The notes under the pieces were generated by a model. The model ran no database searches and was not told the origin of the DNA. It saw nothing but the letters and a program-made list of their open reading frames with translations. The translations under genes and the position numbers were made by a program. 64,000 bases of DNA from an uncultured Muribaculaceae bacterium (GTDB taxonomy: Bacteria > Bacillota_I > Bacilli_A > RF39 > UBA660), in NCBI GenBank assembly GCA_964384115.1, contig CAYLJU010000001.1, positions 6,469 to 70,468 on the forward strand, in the 5' to 3' direction. Shown here in pieces: positions 1 through 9,524 of the stretch; the first letter of the stretch is position 1; every line of letters begins with the position of its first letter.

Positions 1-171
1 ACTTATAACGAATGTTTAAAGGTAATTGAAAAATGTAGATCTATAATGCAAGAAAAAAGATATTATGTTCCAGAAAGTAGACCTAAAATGGCTTTATTTA
101 GAATAGTTAGTGAGTATTTAGGCTTAATTGATGATTCAAAAACAGTTAAAGAAAACGGTTTAATATATTAA
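1..171 (+). CDS. 3' terminal fragment of a gene running off the left edge (product not recognised)
   Basis: Frame 1 open from base 1 to TAA at 169-171 (...KMALFRIVSEYLGLIDDSKTVKENGLIY*); no start inside window. Confidence 0.3.
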   Translation, partial: TYNECLKVIEKCRSIMQEKRYYVPESRPKMALFRIVSEYLGLIDDSKTVKENGLIY

Positions 172-394
172 TATCACAACATTATTTATACTTTACTTTA
201 TAGTGCTTTTTTAGTACACTTGTAGCAGGTAAACAAATTGTTGTGATAAAATGATTTTTGTCCACGATTTGTCCACGTAATATATAAAATTAGTAATATT
301 TATAATATAGATAATACTAATAATATAATGTACTAAATGCCCATAAAATAAGGGAAAAACACATAATACTATTTGTACCATATATAAGTAAAAT

Positions 395-454
395 ATGGTC
401 AAAGGTCGAGCATGTGGTTCAGGGAAAAAATACAAACAATGTTGTGGAAAATAA
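395..454 (+). CDS. 19-aa mini-ORF consisting only of a SEC-C-type metal-binding motif (MVKGRACGSGKKYKQCCGK)
   Basis: ATG 395..TAA 452-454; CxxGSGKKYKxCCG matches the SecA C-terminal zinc motif; no clear RBS; lies in 640-bp AT-rich intergenic region. Confidence 0.2.
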   Translation: MVKGRACGSGKKYKQCCGK

Positions 455-741
455 CTCGCAATCCAAGATAATATAGGTTCTTTGTCAAATATTGTTGGTA
501 CGTCCAAAACTAGTGATAAATGATTAGAAGTCAATTTTGGCTTCTTTTTTTATATATTTATAAGCATATTTATTTAAAAAATAAATGAAAAAATAATTTA
601 TAATTTTTTTAAATTATTGACAATATAATAAAACATTTAAATTAATTATAAAATGAACATTAGCAAGTTGATAAATAATAAAATTAGTAATTAAAAAATT
701 CATATAAAACGACAAATAAATGACAAAAATAGAAGTAAATT

Positions 742-770
742 ATTTAATAAAAAAATAAATGTGCTATAAT
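742..770 (+). promoter_or_regulatory. candidate extended -10 promoter (TGcTATAAT) upstream of 809 gene
   Basis: TGCTATAAT at 762-770, 38 nt upstream of RBS AAAGGAGG; weak -35. Confidence 0.35.
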
Positions 771-808
771 CTAATTAGTAAAGATAAAGTACCAAAAGGA
801 GGAATTTT

Positions 809-1774
809 ATGAAAGCAAATGAAATAAAAAAAGTATCTTGTGTAGGATCAGGCGTAATCGGATATAGTTGGGCACTATATTTTTCATTAAAAAAATTAGA
901 CACAACAGTATATGATATTACTATAGAAGGATTAGAACTAGCAAAAACTAGAATTAAAGAAAGCATAAAATCGCTTCTAAAAAATGATGTTGTAACAGAA
1001 GAAGAATCTGAAGAAATAGAAAAAAGAATTACATACACAACATCAATGGAAGAAGCCGTAAAAGATGCTGATTTTATTGTAGAATCAGTACCAGAAAACT
1101 ATGATATAAAAAGAAATGTTGTAAAAGAAATAGAAAAATATACAAGTGCCGAAACAATTATTGCAAGTTCAACATCAGGACTTCTAATAACAGAAATAGC
1201 AAAAGAAGCAGCACATCCAGAACGATTCATAGGAGGACACCCTTATAATCCTCCACACTTAATTCCATTAGTTGAAATAACTAAAGGAGAAAAAACAACA
1301 GAAGAAGTCATAAAAACTGCTAAAGAATTTTATACACTAATAGGTAAAGAACCAGTTGTATTACAAAAAGAAGCCCTTGGCTTTATATGTAATCGTATTC
1401 AAATGGCATTATACCGTGAAGTATGTGATCTAGTTATGCGTGGTGTGTGTACGATAGAAGATGCCGATAAAGCCGTAACATATGGACCCGGTTTGCGTTG
1501 GGGAATAATGGGACCTTCTCTAGTATTTCAATTAGGAGGAGGAAAAGCAGGTATAGACGGAATACTAAAACACCTTGGACCATCAATAAATATGTGGCTA
1601 AAAGATATGGCAGACTTTAAAGAATTTCCAGAAGAATTTGGTCAAATTGCCCGTGAAGGAGTAGAAGCAGAAATGAAAAATCGAACAAAAGAAACAGGAA
1701 ACGATGATGCCAGTCTTGCTGAATACAGAGATAAAATGCTAATTGAAATGTTAAAATTACACAATAAATTATAA
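809..1774 (+). CDS. 3-hydroxyacyl-CoA dehydrogenase family NAD-binding protein (carnitine/hydroxybutyryl-CoA dehydrogenase-like)
   Basis: N-terminal Rossmann GSGVIG, central ...GFICNRIQ... 3HCDH-like region; RBS AAAGGAGG. Confidence 0.7.
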   Translation: MKANEIKKVSCVGSGVIGYSWALYFSLKKLDTTVYDITIEGLELAKTRIKESIKSLLKNDVVTEEESEEIEKRITYTTSMEEAVKDADFIVESVPENYDIKRNVVKEIEKYTSAETIIASSTSGLLITEIAKEAAHPERFIGGHPYNPPHLIPLVEITKGEKTTEEVIKTAKEFYTLIGKEPVVLQKEALGFICNRIQMALYREVCDLVMRGVCTIEDADKAVTYGPGLRWGIMGPSLVFQLGGGKAGIDGILKHLGPSINMWLKDMADFKEFPEEFGQIAREGVEAEMKNRTKETGNDDASLAEYRDKMLIEMLKLHNKL

Positions 1775-1775
1775 A

Positions 1776-1799
1776 AGCACGCACAATCGTGCTTTTTTA
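1776..1799 (+). terminator. rho-independent terminator
   Basis: agcacg-cacaat-cgtgct hairpin followed by TTTTTT. Confidence 0.6.
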
Positions 1800-1883
1800 A
1801 AACAATTATTTGCATTTTATAATCAAAATTAGTATAATAAAAATAAATCTTTTAAAAGATTATATTTTGTAAAAGGAGAAAAA

Positions 1884-3185
1884 ATGGAAATAACAAACAT
1901 AGAAACATACGAAAAATATGAATCAAACGTAAGAAGCTATTGCCGAAAATGGCCAGTAGAATTTAATTATGCCAAAGGATCAATATTAAAAGATACTAAA
2001 AATAATAGCTACATAGATTTTTTTAATGGAGCAGGAGCGTTAAATTATGGACACAATAATCCATATATAAAAAGAAAACTAATAGAATACTTAAGTGAAG
2101 ACAATATAATGCATTCATTAGACATGCATACAAAAGCAAAAACAGAATTTATAGAATATTTTGAAAAACAAGTATTAGAACCAAGAATAGGTAAAGGTGA
2201 AGATGGATATAAAATAATGTTTCCAGGTCCAACAGGAACAAATGCTGTTGAATCAGCATTAAAACTAGCAAGAAAAGTAACAGGACGAAACAATATCTTT
2301 GCCCTAATGGGAGCATTTCATGGAATGACACTTGGTTCACTTGCATTAACAAGTGAAGAAGCAGCCCGTAAAGGTGCCGGTGTAAGTTTGAATAATGTTA
2401 CCCATATCCCAGCACCATACATGATGAATGGAACATTTGATACTATCGCATACATAGAAGAAATATTAAATGATGATCATTCTGGAATCGAAAAACCAGC
2501 CGCAATTTTTATCGAAACAGTTCAAGCAGAAGGTGGAATTGAAGTATTATCAAATAAATTTTTAAAAGATTTAAGAGAACTATGCGATAAATATGAAATA
2601 TTACTTGTAATAGACGATATACAAGTAGGTAATTGCAGAACCGGTAAATTTTTCTCATTTGAAAGAGCCGGAATAATTCCCGACATGGTAACATTATCAA
2701 AATCAATAAGTGGAATTGGATCACCATTCTCATTATTATTATTTAAAAGAAAATATGACAAATTTAATCCAGGTGAACATAACGGAACATTTAGAGGATA
2801 CGTACCATCAATGGTTACAGCCAAAGCAGGATTAGAATATATGTTAAATAATAACATTGAATCTGAAGTAAAAAGAAAAGAAAAAATAGTAAAAGAATAC
2901 TTAGAAAATGAAATTAAACCATTATTAGATCAAAATCAAGAAGTTCGTGGAATTGGATTAATATGGGGAATAGATTTCAAAGATGGTGCTTTAGCACGCC
3001 AAATATTAAATACATGCTTTGAAAATGGTTTAATAATTGAATTAGCAGGAAGAGGAGATTCAGTCCTAAAAATAATGCCATCACTTGTAATAGAAGACGA
3101 ATTATTAATTCAAGGATTAGACATTATAAAAAAATCAATAAAATTAAATTTAGAAAAAACAATCCAAAAAAAATTAAATAAGTAA
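1884..3185 (+). CDS. class III (PLP) aminotransferase, diaminobutyrate--2-oxoglutarate transaminase (EctB)-like
   Basis: N-terminus VRSYCRKWPVEF...DFFNGAGALNYGHNNPYIK...LDMHTKAK typical of DABA transaminase family; 433 aa. Confidence 0.7.
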   Translation: MEITNIETYEKYESNVRSYCRKWPVEFNYAKGSILKDTKNNSYIDFFNGAGALNYGHNNPYIKRKLIEYLSEDNIMHSLDMHTKAKTEFIEYFEKQVLEPRIGKGEDGYKIMFPGPTGTNAVESALKLARKVTGRNNIFALMGAFHGMTLGSLALTSEEAARKGAGVSLNNVTHIPAPYMMNGTFDTIAYIEEILNDDHSGIEKPAAIFIETVQAEGGIEVLSNKFLKDLRELCDKYEILLVIDDIQVGNCRTGKFFSFERAGIIPDMVTLSKSISGIGSPFSLLLFKRKYDKFNPGEHNGTFRGYVPSMVTAKAGLEYMLNNNIESEVKRKEKIVKEYLENEIKPLLDQNQEVRGIGLIWGIDFKDGALARQILNTCFENGLIIELAGRGDSVLKIMPSLVIEDELLIQGLDIIKKSIKLNLEKTIQKKLNK

Positions 3186-3267
3186 TATTTATATAAAAAA
3201 ATATTAAAAATTAAAGAAAATATGTTATAATAGTTAAGAAATGTAAAAAAGTATTAGAGGAGGAAGT

Positions 3268-4098
3268 ATGGAAAATAAAAGATTTATAACAGTATTAGTA
3301 TTTATATTATTACTAATAATCGTTTTACCAATAGTTAATTATATCGGAGGAAAAACAGGAAGAGAAATAATTGAAAAGTTCGATGCAGCTTATAATAATA
3401 AAGAAGAATATACATTTATAGAATTAGCCCGTGATGGATGTCCATGGTGTGAAAAACAAAAAATAGTTATAGATGATTTAGTAGCAAATCATGAATTAAA
3501 ATATATGTATATTGATACAGACAAAATAAATAGCACGCAATTATCATATATACTTGAAAAAATAGAAGTATCTGAAGATGAGTTTGGAACACCAACAATG
3601 GCTATAATAGGAAAAGAACAAGTAGCCGAAAACATTATTGGCTATAAAAACGAAGATTATATAGCCGAAAAATTAGAAAAATATTCAATCATAAAAGATT
3701 ATGGATTTAATAAATTAAAAGAAATATCATATACTGAATATTATAAATTATTAAAAAGTAAAACACCAGTAGTAATATTCTTAGAAAGAACAGACAGTAC
3801 AAAAAGCGAATATGCAATATCACAATTAAAAAGAGCATCATATGAAACATCAGTTCAAATATATTCTTTAGATGTATACGATGTATATAAAGCTGAAACA
3901 TATCCAGAATCAGCAACAGATAGTCAAAAACAAATAGCTGAAAAATTTATGGAATCACTTTCAATATATGATGATGGTTTAAAAACACCAACAGTATTAA
4001 TAGTCAAAAATGGCAAATTAATTGCATCTAATACAACAGAATATGCAGAAACAAGTGAATATGTAGAATTCTTAAAAGAAAATAAGCTAGCAAAATAA
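3268..4098 (+). CDS. membrane-anchored thioredoxin-fold protein (CPWC active site)
   Basis: N-terminal TM helix; ARDGCPWCEKQK CxxC motif. Confidence 0.5.
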   Translation: MENKRFITVLVFILLLIIVLPIVNYIGGKTGREIIEKFDAAYNNKEEYTFIELARDGCPWCEKQKIVIDDLVANHELKYMYIDTDKINSTQLSYILEKIEVSEDEFGTPTMAIIGKEQVAENIIGYKNEDYIAEKLEKYSIIKDYGFNKLKEISYTEYYKLLKSKTPVVIFLERTDSTKSEYAISQLKRASYETSVQIYSLDVYDVYKAETYPESATDSQKQIAEKFMESLSIYDDGLKTPTVLIVKNGKLIASNTTEYAETSEYVEFLKENKLAK

Positions 4099-4190
4099 AG
4101 AGTAAAATTTAAAAAGTGAAATTTTGCTCTTTTTTCATGAAAAGACAAAAAATTTAAATTGAAAATAATATAATTATTATAGGTGAGGTT

Positions 4191-5114
4191 ATGAAAAAAG
4201 CAATTCTATCCATAATAATTATATTGATATTACCATTTATATTAACAAATATATTAGAAAAAAATGAAACTAAAATAATCGAATTAGTACATAATGAAAA
4301 AACAATTCGCGTGTTAAGAAGTAAAACTCAAACAATTGAAAAGGTACCATTCGAAGAATACGTAGTAGGAGTATTAGCAGGTGAAATGCCAATCTATTTT
4401 GAAGAAGAAGCATTAAAAGCCCAAGCAGTAGCATCAAGAAGTTATGCATTAAAAAGAATAGAATATAATAAAAACAAAAATTATGATGTTGTAGATAGCA
4501 CTAATAATCAAGTTTATTTAGATAATGATTATTTAAAAAAAGCATGGGGAACAAATTATACAAAAAATATAAACAAAATACGTAAAGCAGTTAATGCAAC
4601 ATCATGTGAATATTTAGATTATAATGGAATGATAGTTGATGCCTTGTTTTTTTCAACAAGTACAGGAAAAACTGAAAGTGTAGGCGAAGTATTCAATATA
4701 AGTCTTCCATATTTAAAAAGTGTGTCAAGTACCTGGGATGAAAAAGTATCACCTGTATTTAACGATTATTATACTTTTACAATAGATAATTTCTATCAAA
4801 AACTAGGATTAAATTATAATGAAAATTTAAATATAGAAGTAATAGAAACTACATCAGCTGGAAGAATAAAAAAAATAAAAATAAATAATGTCGAGTTTAC
4901 AGGAAATAAAATATCAACAACATTTAACTTAAGATCAACAAGTTTTACAATAGATAAAGAAGGTAATAAAATTAACATAACAACAACAGGATACGGACAT
5001 GGAGTAGGCATGAGTCAGTATGGTGCCCAAGGAATGGCAAGTGAAGGATATAAATATGATGAAATATTAAAACATTATTATAGCGGAGTAAAAATAAAAA
5101 AGTATAAAAATTAA
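4191..5114 (+). CDS. spoIID: stage II sporulation protein D (SpoIID/LytB family lytic transglycosylase)
   Basis: EEYVVGVLAGEMP...ALKAQAVASRSYAL...YGHGVGMSQYGAQGMA...ILKHYY signature blocks; signal/TM N-terminus. Confidence 0.8.
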   Translation: MKKAILSIIIILILPFILTNILEKNETKIIELVHNEKTIRVLRSKTQTIEKVPFEEYVVGVLAGEMPIYFEEEALKAQAVASRSYALKRIEYNKNKNYDVVDSTNNQVYLDNDYLKKAWGTNYTKNINKIRKAVNATSCEYLDYNGMIVDALFFSTSTGKTESVGEVFNISLPYLKSVSSTWDEKVSPVFNDYYTFTIDNFYQKLGLNYNENLNIEVIETTSAGRIKKIKINNVEFTGNKISTTFNLRSTSFTIDKEGNKINITTTGYGHGVGMSQYGAQGMASEGYKYDEILKHYYSGVKIKKYKN

Positions 5115-5148
5115 AATACTGTACAATATATAACTGAGGTGAAAAAAG

Positions 5149-5766
5149 TTGAGAAAACTAAAACAATCAGTTATATATGGAATATATGCATTAGGAAGTC
5201 TAAGTTTAATAGGAGGTTTATTTATTTATCAAGCTATTCAAAATACTGAAGATTACATAAGCACAAGATATGTAACAAAGAATATATTTGATGAAGTATA
5301 CCCAGTAATAAATATATCAAAAGGAATAGAAAAACCATTCAATGATGCATCTGTAAAAATAGTAAAATCTTTCTATGATTATAAAGAAGAAAACCACGAA
5401 AATTCTATTATTTACTACGAAAATACATACATGCCAAACACAGGAATAATCTATAAAGGTGATGAAACTTTTGATGTCCTATCAATATATGAAGGTGAAG
5501 TAATAAAAATAGAAGAAGATGAAATAATGGGTACAATTGTAACCATCAAACACAGTGAAAATGTTTTAAGCATATATCAAAGTTTAAAAGATATAAAAGT
5601 AAAAGAAGGAGATCTTGTAAATAAACAAGATGTAATAGGATCATCAGGTAAAAATAACCTATCAAGTGATATTGGCGAACACTTACATTTTGAATTAATA
5701 GTAAACGGTCAAAATGTAGATCCTGAAAAATATTACGGAAAAACTTTAGAAGAATTAAATAAATAA
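5149..5766 (+). CDS. M23/LytM-domain peptidase, SpoIIQ-like (adjacent to spoIID as in C. difficile)
   Basis: N-terminal TM; C-terminal LytM domain with ...IKHSENV... and GEHLHFE motif. Confidence 0.6.
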   Translation: MRKLKQSVIYGIYALGSLSLIGGLFIYQAIQNTEDYISTRYVTKNIFDEVYPVINISKGIEKPFNDASVKIVKSFYDYKEENHENSIIYYENTYMPNTGIIYKGDETFDVLSIYEGEVIKIEEDEIMGTIVTIKHSENVLSIYQSLKDIKVKEGDLVNKQDVIGSSGKNNLSSDIGEHLHFELIVNGQNVDPEKYYGKTLEELNK

Positions 5767-5812
5767 GTATAAAAATCCCCATAATTTATATATTTTATTA
5801 AGGGGTGTTTTT

Positions 5813-6073
5813 ATGTTAAAAATACGTACTAGAGTACTAGAAGAAGCAAAACATATAATTCAAACAGAAGAAACAGTAAGAGAAATCGCACAAAAATTTA
5901 AAGTATCAAAAAGTACTGTTCATAAAGATCTACACGAACGTTTAAAAAAAATAGATAAAGACCTATATATAGAAGTAGATAAAATATTAAAATATCATAC
6001 CGATATAAGACATATAAGAGGTGGCCAGTCAACCAAAAATAAGTATTTAAATAAAAATAAAAAAATGATATAA
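5813..6073 (+). CDS. spoIIID: sporulation transcriptional regulator SpoIIID
   Basis: 86 aa; ...VREIAQKFKVSKSTVHKDL...ILKYHTDIRHIRGGQSTK closely matches B. subtilis SpoIIID. Confidence 0.85.
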   Translation: MLKIRTRVLEEAKHIIQTEETVREIAQKFKVSKSTVHKDLHERLKKIDKDLYIEVDKILKYHTDIRHIRGGQSTKNKYLNKNKKMI

Positions 6074-6086
6074 TAAAGGAGGAAAA

Positions 6087-7073
6087 ATGTTCAGCAAAGA
6101 TATAGGAATAGATTTAGGAACTGCAAATGTATTAATCTATGTAAAAGGCGAAGGAATCGTTTTAAATGAACCAAGCGTAGTAGCATATGACGAAGAAAAT
6201 CATAGATTATTAGCAGTAGGAAGCGAAGCAAGAGACATGTTAGGACGCACACCAGGAAAAGTAAAAGCCGTTAAACCATTAAAAGATGGTGTAATAGCAG
6301 ATTTTGAAACCACCGAAGTGATGCTTGATTATTTCATAAAAAAAGTGTTAGGTAAGAATATCTTTATAAGACCAAAAATAGTTATATGTTGCCCAACAAA
6401 TATAACAGAAGTTGAAAAAAATGCTATTAAAGAAGCAGCAGAAAAAACAGGCGCTAAAAAAGTATACATTGAAGAAGAACCAAAAGCTGCAGCACTAGGA
6501 GCAGGACTAGAAATATCCGCCCCAAGTGGTTCAATGGTAGTAGATATTGGTGGAGGAACAACCGATATAGCAGTCTTATCATTAGGAGGAATAGTAACAT
6601 CTGCATCTATTAAAATTGCTGGCAACACCTTTGATAAAGACATCATGAAATATGTTAAAGATAAATATAAATTACTTATTGGTGAAAGAACAGCCGAAGA
6701 AATAAAAATAAAAATAGGAACAGTATTTGATGATAAAAATGAAAAAATCGATGTGAAAGGAAGAAACTTAGTAACAGGATTACCACATACTATTCATATA
6801 ACATCAAACGAAATTAAAGATGCTCTCTCTGATAGCGCTTTCTCAATCGTCCGTACAGTCAAAAATGTATTAGAGCAAACACCACCTGAATTATCAGCCG
6901 ATATAGTTGAAAAAGGAATCGTTTTAACAGGAGGCGGAGCTTTATTAAATGGATTAGATAGTTTACTATCAAAAGAATTAAAAGTACCAGTAAAAGTAGC
7001 AGAAAGTCCATTATCATGCGTAGCAGAAGGAACAGGAATACTATTAAGTAATCTATATTTAATAGAAAGGTAG
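6087..7073 (+). CDS. mreB: rod-shape determining actin homologue MreB/Mbl
   Basis: DLGTANVLIYV...DIGGGTTD...actin-fold motifs; position after spoIIID matches mbl in Bacillus. Confidence 0.9.
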   Translation: MFSKDIGIDLGTANVLIYVKGEGIVLNEPSVVAYDEENHRLLAVGSEARDMLGRTPGKVKAVKPLKDGVIADFETTEVMLDYFIKKVLGKNIFIRPKIVICCPTNITEVEKNAIKEAAEKTGAKKVYIEEEPKAAALGAGLEISAPSGSMVVDIGGGTTDIAVLSLGGIVTSASIKIAGNTFDKDIMKYVKDKYKLLIGERTAEEIKIKIGTVFDDKNEKIDVKGRNLVTGLPHTIHITSNEIKDALSDSAFSIVRTVKNVLEQTPPELSADIVEKGIVLTGGGALLNGLDSLLSKELKVPVKVAESPLSCVAEGTGILLSNLYLIER

Positions 7074-7075
7074 TT

Positions 7076-7489
7076 ATGAAAAAAGGATTTACTCTAGTAG
7101 AATTACTCGCAATAATTGTAATACTCGGAATACTAGGAACAATAAGCACAGTAATCTATACAAATGTTCAAAATAAAGCAAAAAATAAATTATATGATGA
7201 ACAATTAAACACAATAGAAAGAACAATAAGAAGGTATATAACAGAAAATGAAGGAAGAACAGTAAATATTAACGGTAATAATGTTAAATTAGATATTTAT
7301 ACAATAGATAATTCGTTTCAATTACCAATGAGTTTTTTATTAAGTGAAGAATATCTAGATGTTATACCAACAAACCCAAAATGTAATAAAAAAATGGAAG
7401 GATATTGGCAACTAACAGTAACAACACCAGGATCATATGAATTAGAGTATAAAATGTCTAATACTGAAGAAACATTTTGCAAAGTATAG
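7076..7489 (+). CDS. prepilin-type N-terminal cleavage/methylation domain protein (type IV pilin/pseudopilin-like)
   Basis: MKKGFTLVELLAIIVILGILG class III signal. Confidence 0.6.
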   Translation: MKKGFTLVELLAIIVILGILGTISTVIYTNVQNKAKNKLYDEQLNTIERTIRRYITENEGRTVNINGNNVKLDIYTIDNSFQLPMSFLLSEEYLDVIPTNPKCNKKMEGYWQLTVTTPGSYELEYKMSNTEETFCKV

Positions 7490-7551
7490 AAAACTATACT
7501 TTTTTTGTATACAAAAAGATTAATTACCAATAATAATAAAGGTGATTATAA

Positions 7552-8268
7552 ATGTTTGATTATAAAGAAATATTACAAGTATCTTATAGAGCATTAATAT
7601 CTTTAGTAACATTATTTTTAATAACAAAACTATTAGGGAAAAAACAAGTATCCCAGTTAAGTCTATTCGATTATGTAATAGGAATATCAATAGGTAACTT
7701 TGCAGCAGAAGTAACAATTAACTTAGAAGCAGAATGGATAAATGGTGTAGTAGCAGTAACAATATTTGGTGTAGTAGCATACTTAGTATCAATAATAACC
7801 ATGAAAAGCATAATAGCAAGAAGATTTTTTATGGGTGCCCCAACAGTAGTAATCCAAAATGGCAAAATAATAAAAGAATCCCTAAAAAAAATTAAATTTG
7901 ATATTAATGATTTATTAGAAGAATGTAGAAATAATGGTGTATTTGATCTAACACAAATAAATTATGCATTAATGGAAGCAAACGGAGAATTAAGCATATT
8001 ATTAAAACCAGAATACTTGCCAATCACTCCAAATGACATGAAATTAAAACCAGAAAAAAATAGCCTTGTAGCAAACATAATAATCGATAAAAAAATAATG
8101 CCTAATAATTTAAAACAAATGAATAAAGATGAAAAATGGTTATTAAAAGAACTAAAAATTAAAGGATATAAATTAGAAGATATATTACTCGCAACACTTG
8201 ATATAAATGATAAACTAACAATATATAAACAAAAAGAAAATGAAAATATTAAAAACATATTAGAATAA
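7552..8268 (+). CDS. DUF421 (YetF-like) membrane protein
   Basis: N-terminal TM segments plus conserved DUF421-like core; 238 aa. Confidence 0.6.
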   Translation: MFDYKEILQVSYRALISLVTLFLITKLLGKKQVSQLSLFDYVIGISIGNFAAEVTINLEAEWINGVVAVTIFGVVAYLVSIITMKSIIARRFFMGAPTVVIQNGKIIKESLKKIKFDINDLLEECRNNGVFDLTQINYALMEANGELSILLKPEYLPITPNDMKLKPEKNSLVANIIIDKKIMPNNLKQMNKDEKWLLKELKIKGYKLEDILLATLDINDKLTIYKQKENENIKNILE

Positions 8269-8348
8269 TTTACGAGTAATTTACATATAAATAAAGGACT
8301 TTATTGATTTATAAAGTTTTTTTTTATATAATAAATTTAGGTGATAAC

Positions 8349-8789
8349 ATGGATAAAGATTATTGCGCTTCTGCATTTGTAATAAATCCAATAAATAAAA
8401 AAATACTATTAGTTTACCATAATGAATTTGAGCGTTGGGTTCAACCCGGAGGACATATTGAAAAAAACGAAACACCAGAAGAAGCAGTTTCAAGAGAAGT
8501 ATGGGAAGAAACAGGAGTAAAAATTAGATTGTTAGGTGAAAGATTTCCAAGAGAACAAGATTTTATAAGACCACTTGGAATTCAAAAAAATCGAACTATC
8601 AGTGGAAAAATTCATATTGACATAATATATCCAGCAGTTCCCATAAATGAAATTGATCACATAGATGCAGATACTGATATCCAAAAAATAGGATGGTTTA
8701 CGAGAAATGAATTAGAAAGAATAAAAGTATTTCCAGACATAAAAATAACAATGGACTATATATTAAAAAAATATTTTAGTGAGGCATAA
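8349..8789 (+). CDS. NUDIX hydrolase
   Basis: Nudix box GGHIEKNETPEEAVSREVWEETGV; start chosen at ATG 8349 behind RBS AGGTGA (track ORF begins 8304). Confidence 0.7.
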   Translation: MDKDYCASAFVINPINKKILLVYHNEFERWVQPGGHIEKNETPEEAVSREVWEETGVKIRLLGERFPREQDFIRPLGIQKNRTISGKIHIDIIYPAVPINEIDHIDADTDIQKIGWFTRNELERIKVFPDIKITMDYILKKYFSEA

Positions 8790-9405
8790 AATGGACAAAA
8801 TAACAATTTTATTCTCGCTTTTAACAATAATCGTAACCGTTTTTGTAGCAGTATATACAGTTCATGGAAGAGTAAAAAATGAAAACAAGGAAAAACATAA
8901 ACCATACCTAGTACTAAAAGCATTACAAATACTAAAAAATTTAGACCAATATAAATACTATATAACACTCAAAAAAAATGAAGTAGGTGAAGAAATAGAA
9001 ATACCATTTAAAATAGTATTAGAAAACATTGGCTATGGCGTTGCAAGTAACATAAGATTTTATGATTTATTAACAGGTGAATGCATAAGAGGAACACAGT
9101 TACTAGAACGTAGTATAAACCAACAATTATTCACAACACTAGATGTAGCATCCGGAAGTACAATTGAAATCCAAATGTTACTAACAAATTATTTAGGAAA
9201 AAATGCAATAAGCCATAATAGAATATTATGCATATATCAAGACCTAAACAATAACGTCTATGACTTTATTATCCATATAAACATAAAAAGTAAAAAAAAT
9301 TATGACTTTTATGCATATCAAAGATCATCAAAAAGCTATCAAAAATGTATAAATGAATGCAAAAAAGAATATAACACCATAATAAAAGATTATAAAGGTG
9401 ATTAA
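8779..9405 (+). CDS. hypothetical membrane-anchored protein
   Basis: N-terminal TM helix, no recognisable motifs. Confidence 0.35.
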   Translation: MRHKMDKITILFSLLTIIVTVFVAVYTVHGRVKNENKEKHKPYLVLKALQILKNLDQYKYYITLKKNEVGEEIEIPFKIVLENIGYGVASNIRFYDLLTGECIRGTQLLERSINQQLFTTLDVASGSTIEIQMLLTNYLGKNAISHNRILCIYQDLNNNVYDFIIHINIKSKKNYDFYAYQRSSKSYQKCINECKKEYNTIIKDYKGD

Positions 9406-9432
9406 AGGTGCTAAACACAATCGCACCTTTTA
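9406..9432 (+). terminator. rho-independent terminator
   Basis: aggtgc...gcacct hairpin followed by TTTTAAAAT. Confidence 0.45.
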
Positions 9433-9467
9433 AAATGAAAAAAATTACAAAAATTTAAAAAAACAGT

Positions 9468-9495
9468 TTGACAACACTTAAAATTGTGCTATAAT
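9468..9495 (+). promoter_or_regulatory. sigma-A type promoter for typA (TTGACA-16-TGcTATAAT)
   Basis: TTGACA 9468-9473, TATAAT 9490-9495 with TG extension. Confidence 0.55.
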
Positions 9496-9524
9496 ACCAA
9501 AGTACTAAAAGAGGGGATGAACTC

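Noticed and set aside
211-534. 107-aa minus-strand ORF in the AT-rich intergenic region
   Set aside because: Low-complexity hydrophobic translation, no RBS, lies across promoter-like AT-rich DNA; looks like a chance ORF
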